Below are positions 1 to 11,489 of a DNA stretch of 39,668 nt, piece by piece. Origin of the DNA: Octopus bimaculoides (lineage: Eukaryota); contig NC_068983.1 of the NCBI RefSeq assembly GCF_001194135.2, positions 108,395,136 through 108,434,803 of the forward strand. The letters are read 5' to 3'. The notes beneath the pieces are model-generated. The model was given only the letters and a program-made list of their open reading frames with translations, was not told the DNA's origin and did no database searches. Numbering within the stretch: position 1 is the first letter of the stretch; the number at the start of each line of letters is the position of its first letter. The position numbers and the translations under genes are program-made.

Positions 1-284
1 CTCAGATACCAGGAAACCCCAAAATGGCTGAAGTTCAAAAGATAGTGCTCATGGGAACTGCCCATATCCTACGTAAAATACTGTCTATGTGATCTCAAAT
101 TTTAAAGCAAACACATAATTTTCTTATGGTTTCTTAAACATTCACTAGAACAAAACTGTACAAATCCAAATATATGGTACCCTAGGTATAACACCTACAT
201 GAACTTCTAACTTGTTGTCTCTTGAGGTCTCTGGGTGAGACTTGGATCCAACTTGTACAAATGCAAAACAAATGTCAAACATAA

Positions 285-326
<42 letters not shown>
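1..326 (+). mobile_element. 3' end of R4/Dong-like (REL-endonuclease) non-LTR retrotransposon, family A
   Basis: 3-92 translates QIPGNPKMAEVQKIVLMGTAHILRKILSM*, the typical C-terminal 'QK.VLLGTA.ILRK.L' motif also seen at 616-709, 5880-5943 and 39390-39476. Followed by a 3' UTR and an (AAT)n tail at 285-326. Confidence 0.8.
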
Positions 327-328
<2 letters not shown>

Positions 329-334
329 TATTAA

Positions 335-432
335 TTCTTCCAACTATAGGCAGAAGGCCTGAAATTTGGGGGAAGGGTATAGTCGATTACATCGACCTCA
401 GTACTCAACTGGTATATGATTTATCAACTAGG
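335..432 (-). mobile_element. 3' half of tRNA-derived SINE
   Basis: Reverse complement of the 3' half of the SINE at 753-960 (aggcctgaaattt...gtcgattacatcgacc). Confidence 0.75.
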
Positions 433-505
433 ATTGATGTAATTGACTGTTCTCTTCGCCTCCAAAATTTCAGGCATTGTACCTACAGTAGAATTTATTA
501 CCATT
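433..505 (+). mobile_element. 3' fragment of same SINE family
   Basis: gatgtaattgact...caaaatttcaggcattgtacctacagtagaa matches 902-958 of the fuller copy. Confidence 0.7.
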
Positions 506-709
506 ATTGTTATTATTTTGGTTTACCTCACGTTTGGTCTTATTCCTGGTAGGATTTATGTGGGTAGTGGGTTACTACCTGTAACCTTAGGTATCTGTAA
601 GTTTTCAGCTGCCTTTCAAGTGTTTAGAACCCTTCTGACAATCCTTGCTGTTCCTAAGAGATAAACTTTCTGTAGGAGCTCTACTGGGCAATCTATTCCA
701 ATCTATTTC
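497..709 (-). mobile_element. 3' end of R4/Dong-like LINE, family B
   Basis: Minus strand reads IGIDCPVELLQKVYLLGTARIVRRVLNT* (stop at 616-618), closely similar to IGIECPIELLEKVCLLGTARIIRKVLDS* near 39390-39476. 3' UTR and degenerate (TAA)n tail run toward 497. Confidence 0.8.
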
Positions 710-710
710 A

Positions 711-748
<38 letters not shown>
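711..748. repeat. (ATT)n microsatellite
   Basis: Direct reading. Confidence 0.95.
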
Positions 749-751
<3 letters not shown>

Positions 752-752
752 A

Positions 753-967
753 GCAAGCTGGCAGAATCGTTAGCATGCAGGGTGATCTGCTTAGTGGCAT
801 TTCTTCTGTCATTATGTTCTAAGTTGAAATTCTGCCGAGGTCGACTTTACCTTTCATTCTTTTGGGGTTGATGAAATAAGTCCCAGTTACGCACTAGGGT
901 CGATGTAATCGACTTATCCCCTCCCCCAAAATTTCAGGCCTTGTACCTATAGTAGAAAGGATTATTA

Positions 968-998
<31 letters not shown>

Positions 999-1017
999 TA
1001 TTATTATTATCATTATT
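753..1017 (+). mobile_element. near full-length tRNA-derived SINE with (ATT)n tail
   Basis: A-box-like TGGCAGAATCGTTAGCA, B-box-like GTTGAAATTCTGCC, core ggtcgatgtaatcgact, (ATT/ATC)n tail 961-1017. A related copy lies at 17879-18093. Confidence 0.8.
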
Positions 1018-2323
1018 TAAACTCATTATTTAAAGTAGTTTAGCATTGGAAAATTTATTTTTAAAATAAAAAAAATTACTCATTTTCAGGTACTGATAAA
1101 GGGTAATATATATTTTTGAATGTAAAAAATTAACTACATCATCTGTTAGGTATTCTGCATATAATTTAAGAAATTTTAACCTAAATTTATTTTACAAATC
1201 AGGTTACTTTTGGAGTACACCTGGCAAATTCAATTTAGGTATGCTACAGTAATCTATGATCACCATGTGCCAAAATATCAAATGGATAACCACTAAAAAT
1301 ATTTTTTCTTTAAATATAATGATCAGGAAATGTGAAAGTTTATTTTATTATGATTAGCTCTGTCACTCTGTTTTTGCAATTTTATCTGTTAAAAGTATTG
1401 ATCAAAAATAAATTATAGTTGAACCATAACATAACTGATAGAAATTGTTAAAGAAATACAAAAATAGTGTTTGAACAATTTTTGCTCTTAAGAGAAATAC
1501 ATAAAAATCTCATTTTTCTTTCCATTCTTTCTTTTTTTTAATTATATTTTATAATCAAAATATTCAAACTCTCATCTTTCTATTACCCATTTTCCTCCTT
1601 TTCTGTATCTACTATTTTTTTTTTCATTTACAAAATAGTTCTTATTCACTATGACATTAATCTCAAAGAAAATTCTGCTAATTATGTTGATTGGTTTATC
1701 TTGTTTATAAACATATAAAATCTATTTCTGTTTATTTGAGTTTTGGATATGTACATAAAGCTGACTATAAACTCACTTCTTACATAAACTTGCTTTCACA
1801 TAATATTTTGGATGCCAATTTATGGAGAATCTTCGTCTTAAATATTTTAAATGCACTGCTGAATCTAACAGGATATGAACTAATGTTGTATAACGGCTAT
1901 GAAGTGTTATAATAGTTTATTTAAAGAATCAGCTTATTTCAATTATAAAAATGTTGGGTATAAAATGTGATATATTGTTATGAAAAATTGACAAGAACAA
2001 AATGGACTCTGATCAGAAGGTAACAAGTATAAACATATAGAATATTAGCCTCATAATTATAAGTTCACAACCTTACTGTAGCAGTTCTGTTGCCTACTTG
2101 GGAGAGATACATTTCAGTCTGTCTCAATTTAGTGGATTTTGAACATAGGTGAATTGTTATTATAAGAAGAAGCAATTGCTTCAACAGTAAGTGCATGTTG
2201 AAATTCATAAATATTTAAAAATGATTCTGATAACATTTCCCACAGTTATGTTATAGTTACATTGCAATTTTTAATGACACAGAGTAAGCAGTGATGTAAC
2301 AAATAGTGATTTGGCCTACTGGT

Positions 2324-2427
2324 ATACCTTTTGCAATTAGTCCTGTACATTATCAATAATGCTGTCTCCACAGTGTTATTTTCAGCTTCAATAAATGACA
2401 GAGTACTGGACTAATTGCAAAAGGTAT
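2324..2427. repeat. inverted repeat, 25-bp arms (1 mismatch) with 54-nt spacer; possible MITE
   Basis: 2324-2348 ataccttttgcaattagtcctgtac versus 2403-2427 gtactggactaattgcaaaaggtat. Confidence 0.6.
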
Positions 2428-3697
2428 TGAATTTTGTCCCTTGATCTGAGTTGAAACCCAACTGGACTTCACTTTGCTTTCCTATTTCTAGTGGTCATAA
2501 AACAAACATTGATACATTTCATTGTATTAACTGAATTGCTTCTACTTCACAGAAAATGTTTGCTTTGTATATAAGAAATCATTGTTAAAGCTGACACTAA
2601 TGAAGCTATTAATATTGTTATTGCTGCCTGTAGTATTACTGTTAATGAATTACCAAAATCTTTATTTAAATATTCTAACTCTGAGAGTATAGAACCATTT
2701 TATCAGGAGTCTTACACTCAGACGAAATCACTGAAGAAAATCAGTTTCATGAAAATATGTTTCCCAACATCCTTAATTCAAGAATGTTCTGCTTTTAGCA
2801 GCTATAAATGCTTAGAACACCAAAAGCATATACTGTAAATATTTTTTCCTTTAGAGTAAAGTAAATTTGGGTTTATTGATGTATAATTTAATAGATTTTT
2901 TTTTAGGGCTTAGTTCAGAGGTATAGCATTGCCCATTCTCATTGGAGGACATGTGAGACTAATGCGAGAAAGGAAAGATTAATCAGAACTCATCATATGT
3001 AGTTCATCTGATGGGCTTCTGCACATTTTCAATTTACTCAGTTTTTCTTTTTACAAGGCATCACCTCAACTCAAAGTTGTGGTAGAAAACATATTTTGAA
3101 TTTGCTGCTGAGTGGGATCAAGCCTAGAACCATGTCACTTCTAAGCAAACTGCTTGTGACAAGTTAGTGATTAGTCCAGTATTAATGTTACTCTTCATAA
3201 CACAATATCCCTCTGTTTTATTAAAAAAAAAATTGAGGGCTTACTTATTTGGGGACATAGAACAATTAAATAATTTTACAATTCTATACTAGTCGTACTT
3301 ATTTGATCAATATTAAAACAGCTACATGGTTAAATCTGTTCCTGTAAAGTTTGAACATTGATCTGAAAAGTATTTAAGTTTAGTCTCACTTTTGTACAAT
3401 CTGTATAATTTCCATTACCATTTGTTATGAGTTTTCTCTTTGTCATAAAGCTTAAGTAAATTGGAAATAAGTGTTATGCTCAAGGTATAATGCAATGTCT
3501 AACACAGATGAAGAAATTCTTATGACTAGAAACAGTAAACTTTGTTTACTTCATAAAACATTAGATTCTGAAACTGAGTAATTAGAAGTTGTGATGCTTA
3601 TGCTTTTACTAGAGAAATTTGAGTCCTACTTGAAATCAAAAGACATTTGCCTTTAATCAAAGCCAGCATTAATAATGTTGATGACAGAGATTACAAG

Positions 3698-3856
3698 GAT
3701 GATAATGATGATGGTTCTTCCTAATTTTGGCACAAGGCCAGCACTTTTAGGGGGAGGGGGTTAATTGAGTACATCAACCCCAGTGCTCAGGTGGTTCTTA
3801 TTTCATTGACTCCAAAAAGATGTAAAGTAAATTTGATCTTGGCAGAATTTGAACCC
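3698..3856 (-). mobile_element. 5'-truncated tRNA-derived SINE
   Basis: Reverse complement of the B-box (ggcagaatttgaac at 3841-3854) and of the 3' end (ttttggcacaaggccagc). Directly abuts (TAA)n at 3858-3889. Confidence 0.7.
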
Positions 3857-4329
3857 AAATAATAATAATAATAATGATAATAATAATAAATTATGCATGT
3901 GTTTTGTCTTGGTATAAAGAATGGACTACAGCAAATATTCTGCTCAATACCACAGATTTGCCTGTCAGTTGTTTGACCTTAACCAGTTGAGAATGTCCTT
4001 TGGTGGCTGATGATATGTGCATCTCTGATTATGAGCAGAAGTAGTTGGGGAGTATCATAGCCATGTGTTGAGAGGAATTCTTTGGGGTTTGGATAATTTA
4101 CCTCTGGAAACATGGATATTTGGTTCAACATCCTTAAACAAACCTTATTCAGGGACCTTTTGAGCAGGATAGATTACTTGAACTGAAGAAAATTCTAACT
4201 GGGCTCCACCTGAAAGGTCATGTGCTGTTTATCTTGATATGAGATCAACATGTCACACATATGATTGTGGGGCATGTGCCTGGTGTACCCTTATCAGACT
4301 GGTAGTCATGATGGGTATATTGGACTTCA

Positions 4330-5620
4330 TACAAGGGATGTTCATTAAAGATTTCCTCTGACCAACTTTCAGTTATTGCAGGAAATGGAACTTGTACAGC
4401 TATGATTATATACATGTCTCTACAAGTCACATGCAGTTTCAAACTCGTATTTGTTTGTCTTTTATGGCTACTGAAGTGGACTAAGGTGTTATAATGGAGG
4501 CAGTTGAATGCAGATCAGTGATCAGATTTTTTTATACTTGAATGGTTGTACACCAAAAGAAACTTTCGATGGGATGAAAGAAGTTTATGGTGATGGTGCA
4601 CCATCATTTAGTCAAGCACTGGCATCGCCAATTCAAATGTAGTCAGACATTGGTGGAAACTGTTCCTACTCCTGGATGACCTCATTCTTCCACTGATGAT
4701 GACACCATCCATAAAATAGAAGCTGCCATTTGGGAGGATTGCTGCATTTTAGAAGATTTGGCAACTAGCCCAAGAGGTAAAGAAAGTGTAGGCTTCATAG
4801 AAAAAAATCATTCACGACCACTTGCCCATGTGGAAGTTGTCTGCACGATGGACTCCCTGGATGCTCACACCTTTTCAGAAGCAGGAATGAGGAAATTGCT
4901 CCCAGGCTCTTTTAGCAAAGTACCAAGAAAATGAGGAAGACTTTTTTTGGCAGACTTATCACACAGGACGAAACATGAGTCCATTACTATGATCCTGAAA
5001 CTGAAGTCCAGTTGAAACAATAGAAGCATGATAACTCGCCACCTCCAAAAAAGGCTTGTGTCCAACCCTCAGCAGGCAAGGTGATGATCACAGTCTTTTA
5101 GGACCAGTATGGAGTTGTGATGATGGATTTTCTGGAAAAAGGCATCACAGTTAACAGAGCATATTATGCTTCTCTGCTGCAGAAATTGTGGGTCACCATC
5201 AAAGCAGAGAGGCGTGGCATGCTGACCAAAAGAGTCTGCCTCCTCCAAAACAACACTCCAGATCACAATGCACATATTGTCCAGATGAAAGCACACTCCT
5301 GTGGCTATGAAATCCTTCCTCACCCCACTTACTCTCCCGACCATGCACCATCTAACTTCCACCTCTTTCCAACCATGAAGTTTTTTTTTGAAGGGAAGCA
5401 CTTTTCAAATGATGTTGAACTTTTTTCCCAGGCAAAGTTTTGGCTACAGACATAGCCTACTGACTTCTACAGATGAGGTCTTCACAGTTGCATAAAATGA
5501 TGAGAGAAGTGTGTCACCATTGGTGGTGGCTATGTAGAGGACTAATAATTATGTCAAGTTTCGTTTATCCCAGTCCTTAGGAAGTGGATCAGGGGAAATC
5601 TTTAACAAATATCCCTTGTA
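4330..5620 (+). mobile_element. full-length defective mariner (Tc1/mariner, DD34D, irritans-like) DNA transposon
   Basis: ~37-bp TIRs: left TA|caagggatgttcattaaagatttcctctgaccaactt, right (reverse complement) TA|caagggatatttgttaaagatttcccctgatccactt, 6 mismatches. TA at 4330-4331 and 5619-5620. Length ~1.29 kb. Confidence 0.9.
4494..5545 (+). pseudogene. mariner transposase pseudogene
   Basis: MEAVECRSVIRF start; SARWTPWML; ITQDET*VHYYDPET; SAGKVMITVF*D; LLQNNTPDH and YSPDHAPSNFHLF with exactly 34 residues between the 2nd and 3rd catalytic positions (both Asp->Asn); EKCVTIGGGYVED* end. Multiple stops and frameshifts. Confidence 0.9.
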
Positions 5621-5674
5621 TATTTTACTCTAGAATTACTTTGATGGCATGCTCTGCTTTCTCATTCAATAATG

Positions 5675-6028
5675 ATAATAGACTTTTCAGTCCTAAATGA
5701 TGAGAAAGTCAATATGAGAAGTATAACGAAAATAGCAAAGTACTAGGACCTAGCCATTGAGTTACAGAAACTATGGAAAGTGCGGATAAATTGTGTCTCT
5801 GTAGTTATAGGTCATTAGGAACTCTCTCTAAAGATATGAACAGATGGATAGAGGAAATAGGCATAAAGCCTAATTTAATGCAGCTTCAGAAAACAGTATT
5901 ATTAGGGACATCTAGTATACTTACAAAGGTTTTTGGCATCTAAGGTTACTTGTTGAAACCAGATGTTAGAAATTTTCTTTTTCAACAGTTTAATCCGCTG
6001 TGTGTATATGAACTAATAATAATAATAA
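5675..6028 (+). mobile_element. 3' end of R4/Dong-like LINE, family C
   Basis: IIDFSV...KIAKY*DLAIELQKLWKVR...VVIG/LGTLSKDMNRWIEEIGIKPNLMQLQKTVLLGTSSILTKVFGI* (stop 5941-5943), which is the REL domain end. (TAA)n tail at 6013-6028. Confidence 0.8.
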
Positions 6029-6215
6029 TCTTGGCACAAAGCTAACAATTTTAATGGGAAGTTGTTAGTCAATATTATCAATCCTTGACTAGATTCTTAT
6101 TTTATTTTATTAACACTGAAAGAATGAGAGATAAAGTTAACCCTGGTAAGATATGAACTCAGAATATTAAAAACCAGAACGGATGCCACAAGTCATTTCT
6201 CTGCTCAGCTGCACT
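6029..6215 (-). mobile_element. degraded tRNA-derived SINE
   Basis: cttggcacaaagc...gaatgagagataaagttaaccctggtaagatatgaactcagaa resembles the reverse complement of the SINE consensus in this window. Confidence 0.5.
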
Positions 6216-6719
6216 TGCATTATTTTCATTTTTTTTTTTTGAATATCTCTGAAATCACTCACAGAAATGAGAATTTGTTAATCAGTTGCTTGTTTCATTT
6301 TCTAAGGAGAGTGAGTCATAGCTCTTTGCCCTATTCATTATTTTTCTGAGATGGTATGTCGTTGGTCCTTTGAAGAAATTGTTCCTTCTCCCTCATTTAG
6401 TGTTCTTTTGTGTTGACATTTTATTTTTTGATATATTTTTTTTCATTTTCTTTTAGTGTTTCTTTGACAGTTTGTACATTTTCTTCTGCAACCATTATTT
6501 CTTCTTCATTTTGAGATGATGAAGTAGCACTACTGATTGCTACTGTCTACTGGTTTCTTTCTTATACTGGGCGTAAAATGATTATTTCTACTATCCCTAG
6601 AGATTTTGGCTGATAGTTCTCTGAAAAGTGGGCTTTGTTGCTCTTTTTGCTGTCTTGGTCTTCAATAACAGAAACAGTGATGACAATATCAACAATAATA
6701 ATGATATAGTTGTTTCTAA

Positions 6720-6830
6720 AACAAGTACAAGGCCTGAAATTTAGGAGTGTGGGAGTCAATTATATTGATCTCGGTACTTGACTGGAAGAATGAAAGGTGA
6801 GATTAATATTGTGGTTTGAACCTGAAACTT
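6720..6830 (-). mobile_element. degraded SINE fragment
   Basis: gtacaaggcctgaaattt matches the reverse complement of the SINE 3' end, followed by gaatgaaaggt...tttgaacc. Confidence 0.5.
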
Positions 6831-7377
6831 ATAGATTCAGAATAAATACAACTAAATCTAATAAAAATAACTTCATGTACCACACAATGACTTTGACAAC
6901 CAATGATGGCACGTTACTAGAAGAGAAATAATTGGGAACTGTTGAGCATCAAGGTGAAATTTCAAAAGGTAGTTAGTGTTGCCCACTACATTTCTATATT
7001 GAATTCGATCATAAAAATGGTAGTAAGTAGTATGTATTGACAGTAAAACAAAACTATTACAAGTAATTGGATTACACTGCAAACAGCTAACATCTAAACT
7101 AAGTACAGCAAAAAGAAAAAAAAACAAATATATAAAAAAAAGAGGTTTACATAAATCAACTCTGATGAATTACCATAAAATCATATCTTTACATGGCCAA
7201 TACTTCTGCAAACTTGATATACCATATATAGATTTTAAAAAATACCTGTGGATTGAATAAAGAAACAGCTTCAAGAGAGTAACAAAAGCAACAAGCCTAG
7301 AGTTGAACAATATGTCGTGAGTAGAACTTAGCTGAAAGAAAGTTTGCAAAATTTATTACTTTTCTGTATGAACAGTA

Positions 7378-7758
7378 ATGATTCATGACAGTGAGACGTA
7401 GGACCTAGCTGTAGAGGATTTGCAAAAACTATAAAGAAATGAAGCTAGCATGTTCAGCAGGATGGGCAACATCAGTGTACATGAAAAACTAACATAAATG
7501 TGAGTGAGCTGTAATATGAATGGATGTGACATTCTGGGTGAAAATCATAGGAAATAGGTGGTGTAAGTCAGTTACTCAGTAAATGCAGATGTCATAAGGC
7601 AATAATAAAAATTGTTGCAACAGATCTAAGAACATACTTCAGAGAAAAAAAAAATTGCAGGATCAAGACACTGAATGGAATGTTATGTTGCTGCATGGAA
7701 AAGGAACATAAAACTGATGATGGAGGTGGTGATGGTGGTGGTGGTGGTGGTGATGATG
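7378..7758 (+). mobile_element. degraded 3' end of RTE-like LINE with (GAT/GGT)n tail
   Basis: IHDSET*DLAVEDLQKL*RNEASMFSRMGNISVHEK resembles the RTE post-RT motif 'YGSETW.L...D..RL..E..MLR'. The end catggaaaaggaacataaaactgatgatg resembles the tail at 18510-18548. Confidence 0.6.
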
Positions 7759-8115
7759 NNNNNNNNNNNNNNNNNNNNNNNNNNNNNNNNNNNNNNNNNN
7801 NNNNNNNNNNNNNNNNNNNNNNNNNNNNNNNNNNNNNNNNNNNNNNNNNNNNNNNNNNNNNNNNNNNNNNNNNNNNNNNNNNNNNNNNNNNNNNNNNNNN
7901 NNNNNNNNNNNNNNNNNNNNNNNNNNNNNNNNNNNNNNNNNNNNNNNNNNNNNNNNNNNNNNNNNNNNNNNNNNNNNNNNNNNNNNNNNNNNNNNNNNNN
8001 NNNNNNNNNNNNNNNNNNNNNNNNNNNNNNNNNNNNNNNNNNNNNNNNNNNNNNNNNNNNNNNNNNNNNNNNNNNNNNNNNNNNNNNNNNNNNNNNNNNN
8101 NNNNNNNNNNNNNNN
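7759..8115. other. assembly gap (357 N)
   Basis: Run of N following a GGT/GAT microsatellite. Confidence 1.
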
Positions 8116-11100
8116 ATTCATCAAACAGACAATATTGCTTTTAGAAATATTGGTTGTTTATTTTATTACAGATTAAGAATATTTTAAATGAAATACAACC
8201 AAAACATTGATTAGAAGTTGATTTTAATTTCAAAATAATAAAATGAAAGGCATTTATATATCTTGGTTCCCTATTTACAATTTGGTTACAAGATGAGTGC
8301 TTCTGGAGTAGATGTTTATTTTACAAACTGCTGTTTTTTTAAAAATTCTAGCAAACAAATAATCTGTAATAAAGTAGGCTTAGAAATTTTTTACTTGCAA
8401 AGTGGACAGCTATCCTCAGAGCATGACACATTACCCCTCTAGATATAAATCTTTGGAATGATATAGCTCATATCTAAAATTATTTGATAGAATTTTGCCA
8501 AAACATTTTATAGTAAAAATTTTCTTTCATCATTTAATTTGACATTTATAGCTATTGATTACATCCTGTTCTTAATCATTTGCAACATTACCATCATTTG
8601 AAGATGGTTGGAACTGTAGAATACTGATGTGAACACCTTACAGTATTTTTACTGTCATCTTTCATTGTACTGAGTTCCAGTCACACCAATAATTTTAGCT
8701 TTGATTTCGTTTCTGTGAGTCAATAAAATAATATTAAAGAGAAACGGTGTTTAATTCTTCTGACTTAATTTTTCCCTAAAAAATTTGGCTTTGTGCATAA
8801 GAAAGAAATCATTATTATATTAATATCATTATTATATTAATGTCAACTGCACAATATGAGATTTGGGAGAGGGAATATAATAAGCTGATCAGAAACAAAG
8901 AAGAAATGTTATACGAAACAGTCTGTGTTTATTTTAGAGATGTGAAACAAAAGGAAACACTGTTATCAAACAAGTTCATCTAAAATAAGCTATTGTTGGA
9001 AAGTGAGTTTATAATGATGCCGATAAAAGCAACAAGCAATTCAAGCAATGATTCAGATAAGCTGTAGACAAATGTGAAAGACACATTTGTCAGCTTAAAG
9101 TCTACATTAATAAATAAAACTTTAGATCTAGTTTACAAAGAATTGACTGTGTAAAATAAGTTTTGGTATGACCAGCCTCCAACAAATGAATATTGTGTCA
9201 TAAATAAAAGTACAAAACTGTTTTAATTAATGTATGAAAATGTAGCCTTTCTTTGAATTATCTAACTGAAGGTAACAATGTTCAAACATAAAGCCTCACA
9301 TGCTTTACTGATCCAAACTGATTTATTTGTTTATTTTTATGTATGATGAGATAGAGAGAGGAGGGAGGAGAGAGAAAGACCAGAGGAAAAATCAGGAAAC
9401 TCTTTCTTTACTTACAAAATATTTACAATTTTTGGGGTCTTATTTTGAAAACAAGAAGCAAAATAACATATAATAATATTTCTTTTCAAGTTTATTTATT
9501 ACAAAAACTTCTGAAGTAACTCCTTAAATCTCCATTCAGGTTTACTAACATAACTGAATGCTTTCCAAGGCAATATTTTACATTCTTCAATATAACCTGA
9601 AGACACTAAACCAAAATTAATTGCTAACTTGCCATAAAACATTTTCTGTCTGTACTTTCAACAAAAGAGTTTTAATATTTAAGTATCCTGTGACTTGGTT
9701 ATAGAAGGGAAGTAACAAAACCATATATAAAGACTTATATGATACAATCTGTTGTATTATATGCTATTAGCTTCAGCTTTTTACTGAGAATCAAAATATA
9801 CTTTATACAGTCAATTATAAATCTGAAGATAGATTTCTAAAAACAAAAATAAAAAGGTAAATGAAAATAAAATAAATAATTAGCCTTGAGTAAAATAGTT
9901 ATCTTGTGAAAAAAACATGGCAACTAATTTTGATATGTACATTAACTAGGTGTGAATCAAAGAAATACTGATCTGAAAAAGAAATGGGAAATATATAATG
10001 AGTTGATGCTATAATTAGATATGCTTTGTTAGAAATAAATATCTTTTATGTTTGAAATGTTTGTTTATATTTCATACCTTGCTTGTTAAATGTAATACAT
10101 TTGAAAAAAAATTAACATTTTCAAATTTAATTGGAATTTTCTATTTTTTCCACATATTAAAAAAAAATATTTACTTGATTTGACCTTGCAGTATAACTAG
10201 AGAAGAATGGAAATGTTGCATAACAGAATTTTGAGAGAGACAAAGCAGAGAATTCAAGGTAACCTGTTAATCTATGTTGACAATGGATAAAAATGTTTTG
10301 TATTTGAGAAGCAAAACCCACATTAGAAGAAAGAAAAGATAAAGAAAGAGAAATAAGAAAAGGAAGAGAGAAAAAACAAAGGCAGACAATGAAATGGTTA
10401 TAATTTAACTGTAAATATGGAACTAAGGACTAGCAGTAATAAGACAATTTACTAATAAAGCATATTTTATTGGGTAGCAAGAGAGATACAGCAAACTTTG
10501 AGAAGAAGAACCAAAAGATTACTTGTGAAATATGACAATAAAATTTTAACAGAAGAGATTAAAGTAAATTTTGAAAGCTATTTAAAATTCTGAAACCAAA
10601 TACAAAATTGATTTGCAACTGCATGTCTTGAATTCCATAATTAAGTCACAAGTAAACGAAAACTGTTTACTGTTATTATTTGAAAGGATTATTTGAATGC
10701 AACTTAAATTGCTGCCATGCTATCAAAATGTTCTATGTGATTTACATTAAGTGATGCCCATAAAGTACTGATATATGTAAAGTACTGATAACAAAGAAAG
10801 GAGGAAAATCAGGTAGCTTTTCTGAAAATAAAAATAACAAACAAGTTGAGTAAACTGCATACTGGTCTTTTAGTTGTTCAGTTATGTGTTCTTTCTAGAA
10901 ATTTTCTTTTATAAATCATTGTGTCACATGCTATTTTATGTGTAAATAAATTCTAAATATCAAAGTTGTTTGAGTCAGTTGACACTTAACATTTTCTATT
11001 TTATTTTATATAAAAAATGTTTTGTAATAGAATTTAGGCTAAAAAAGTCCCTCTTTAGAATGCATGTATAAATTAATACTACTATTTATATGCAACTTGT

Positions 11101-11489
11101 CTGACATTCTTTTTTAGCCATTTTAGCTATTTTTTTTTTTTAGCTTTTTTAGCTATAACTCCAAATTATTTGTTTTTTTTTAATACTGAGATGACAATGT
11201 TGTGAAGTATGATTTTTGTAATGAAATTATTTATGGAATCAAATAAAATGTTTATTTGCCTATTTCTATCCCACTTAAGAATTCTGTCAAACAGTCGATC
11301 TACAGTAGCTTCCTTGAATTGTGACTCTGCACTACATGTGCATTTTAGTTTACACAATGATAGAAAAATAGAGAAATTTGTCTAGTCTGGTGTCATATAA
11401 AAATGGGATACAAGCTATTCCGAGAGTACAACAATTGATAGCAGTGAAAAAACTGAGAAACTTAAATGAGAATAATATACCATCCCCTA

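Noticed and set aside
235-552. 105-aa ORF with poly-Ile, and similar poly-Leu/His/Met ORFs (7663-8187, 18346-18582, 21308-21508, 39380-39649)
   Set aside because: These are read-through of (TAA)n, (GGT)n, (GAT)n or (CA)n microsatellites, repeat UTRs or the N gap, and are not coding.
753-830. tRNA-like A and B boxes
   Set aside because: These are SINE heads, not tRNA genes. There is no complete cloverleaf and they continue into the SINE body.
2002-2019. Possible first coding exon ATG GAC TCT GAT CAG AAG|gtaaca (MDSDQK)
   Set aside because: Good Kozak and donor context, but too short to distinguish from chance, and no downstream exon chain could be built.
3895-4329. GC-richer stretch that looks like an interspersed repeat interrupted by the mariner
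   Set aside because: No second copy in the window and no diagnostic motif, so it cannot be classified from the sequence alone.
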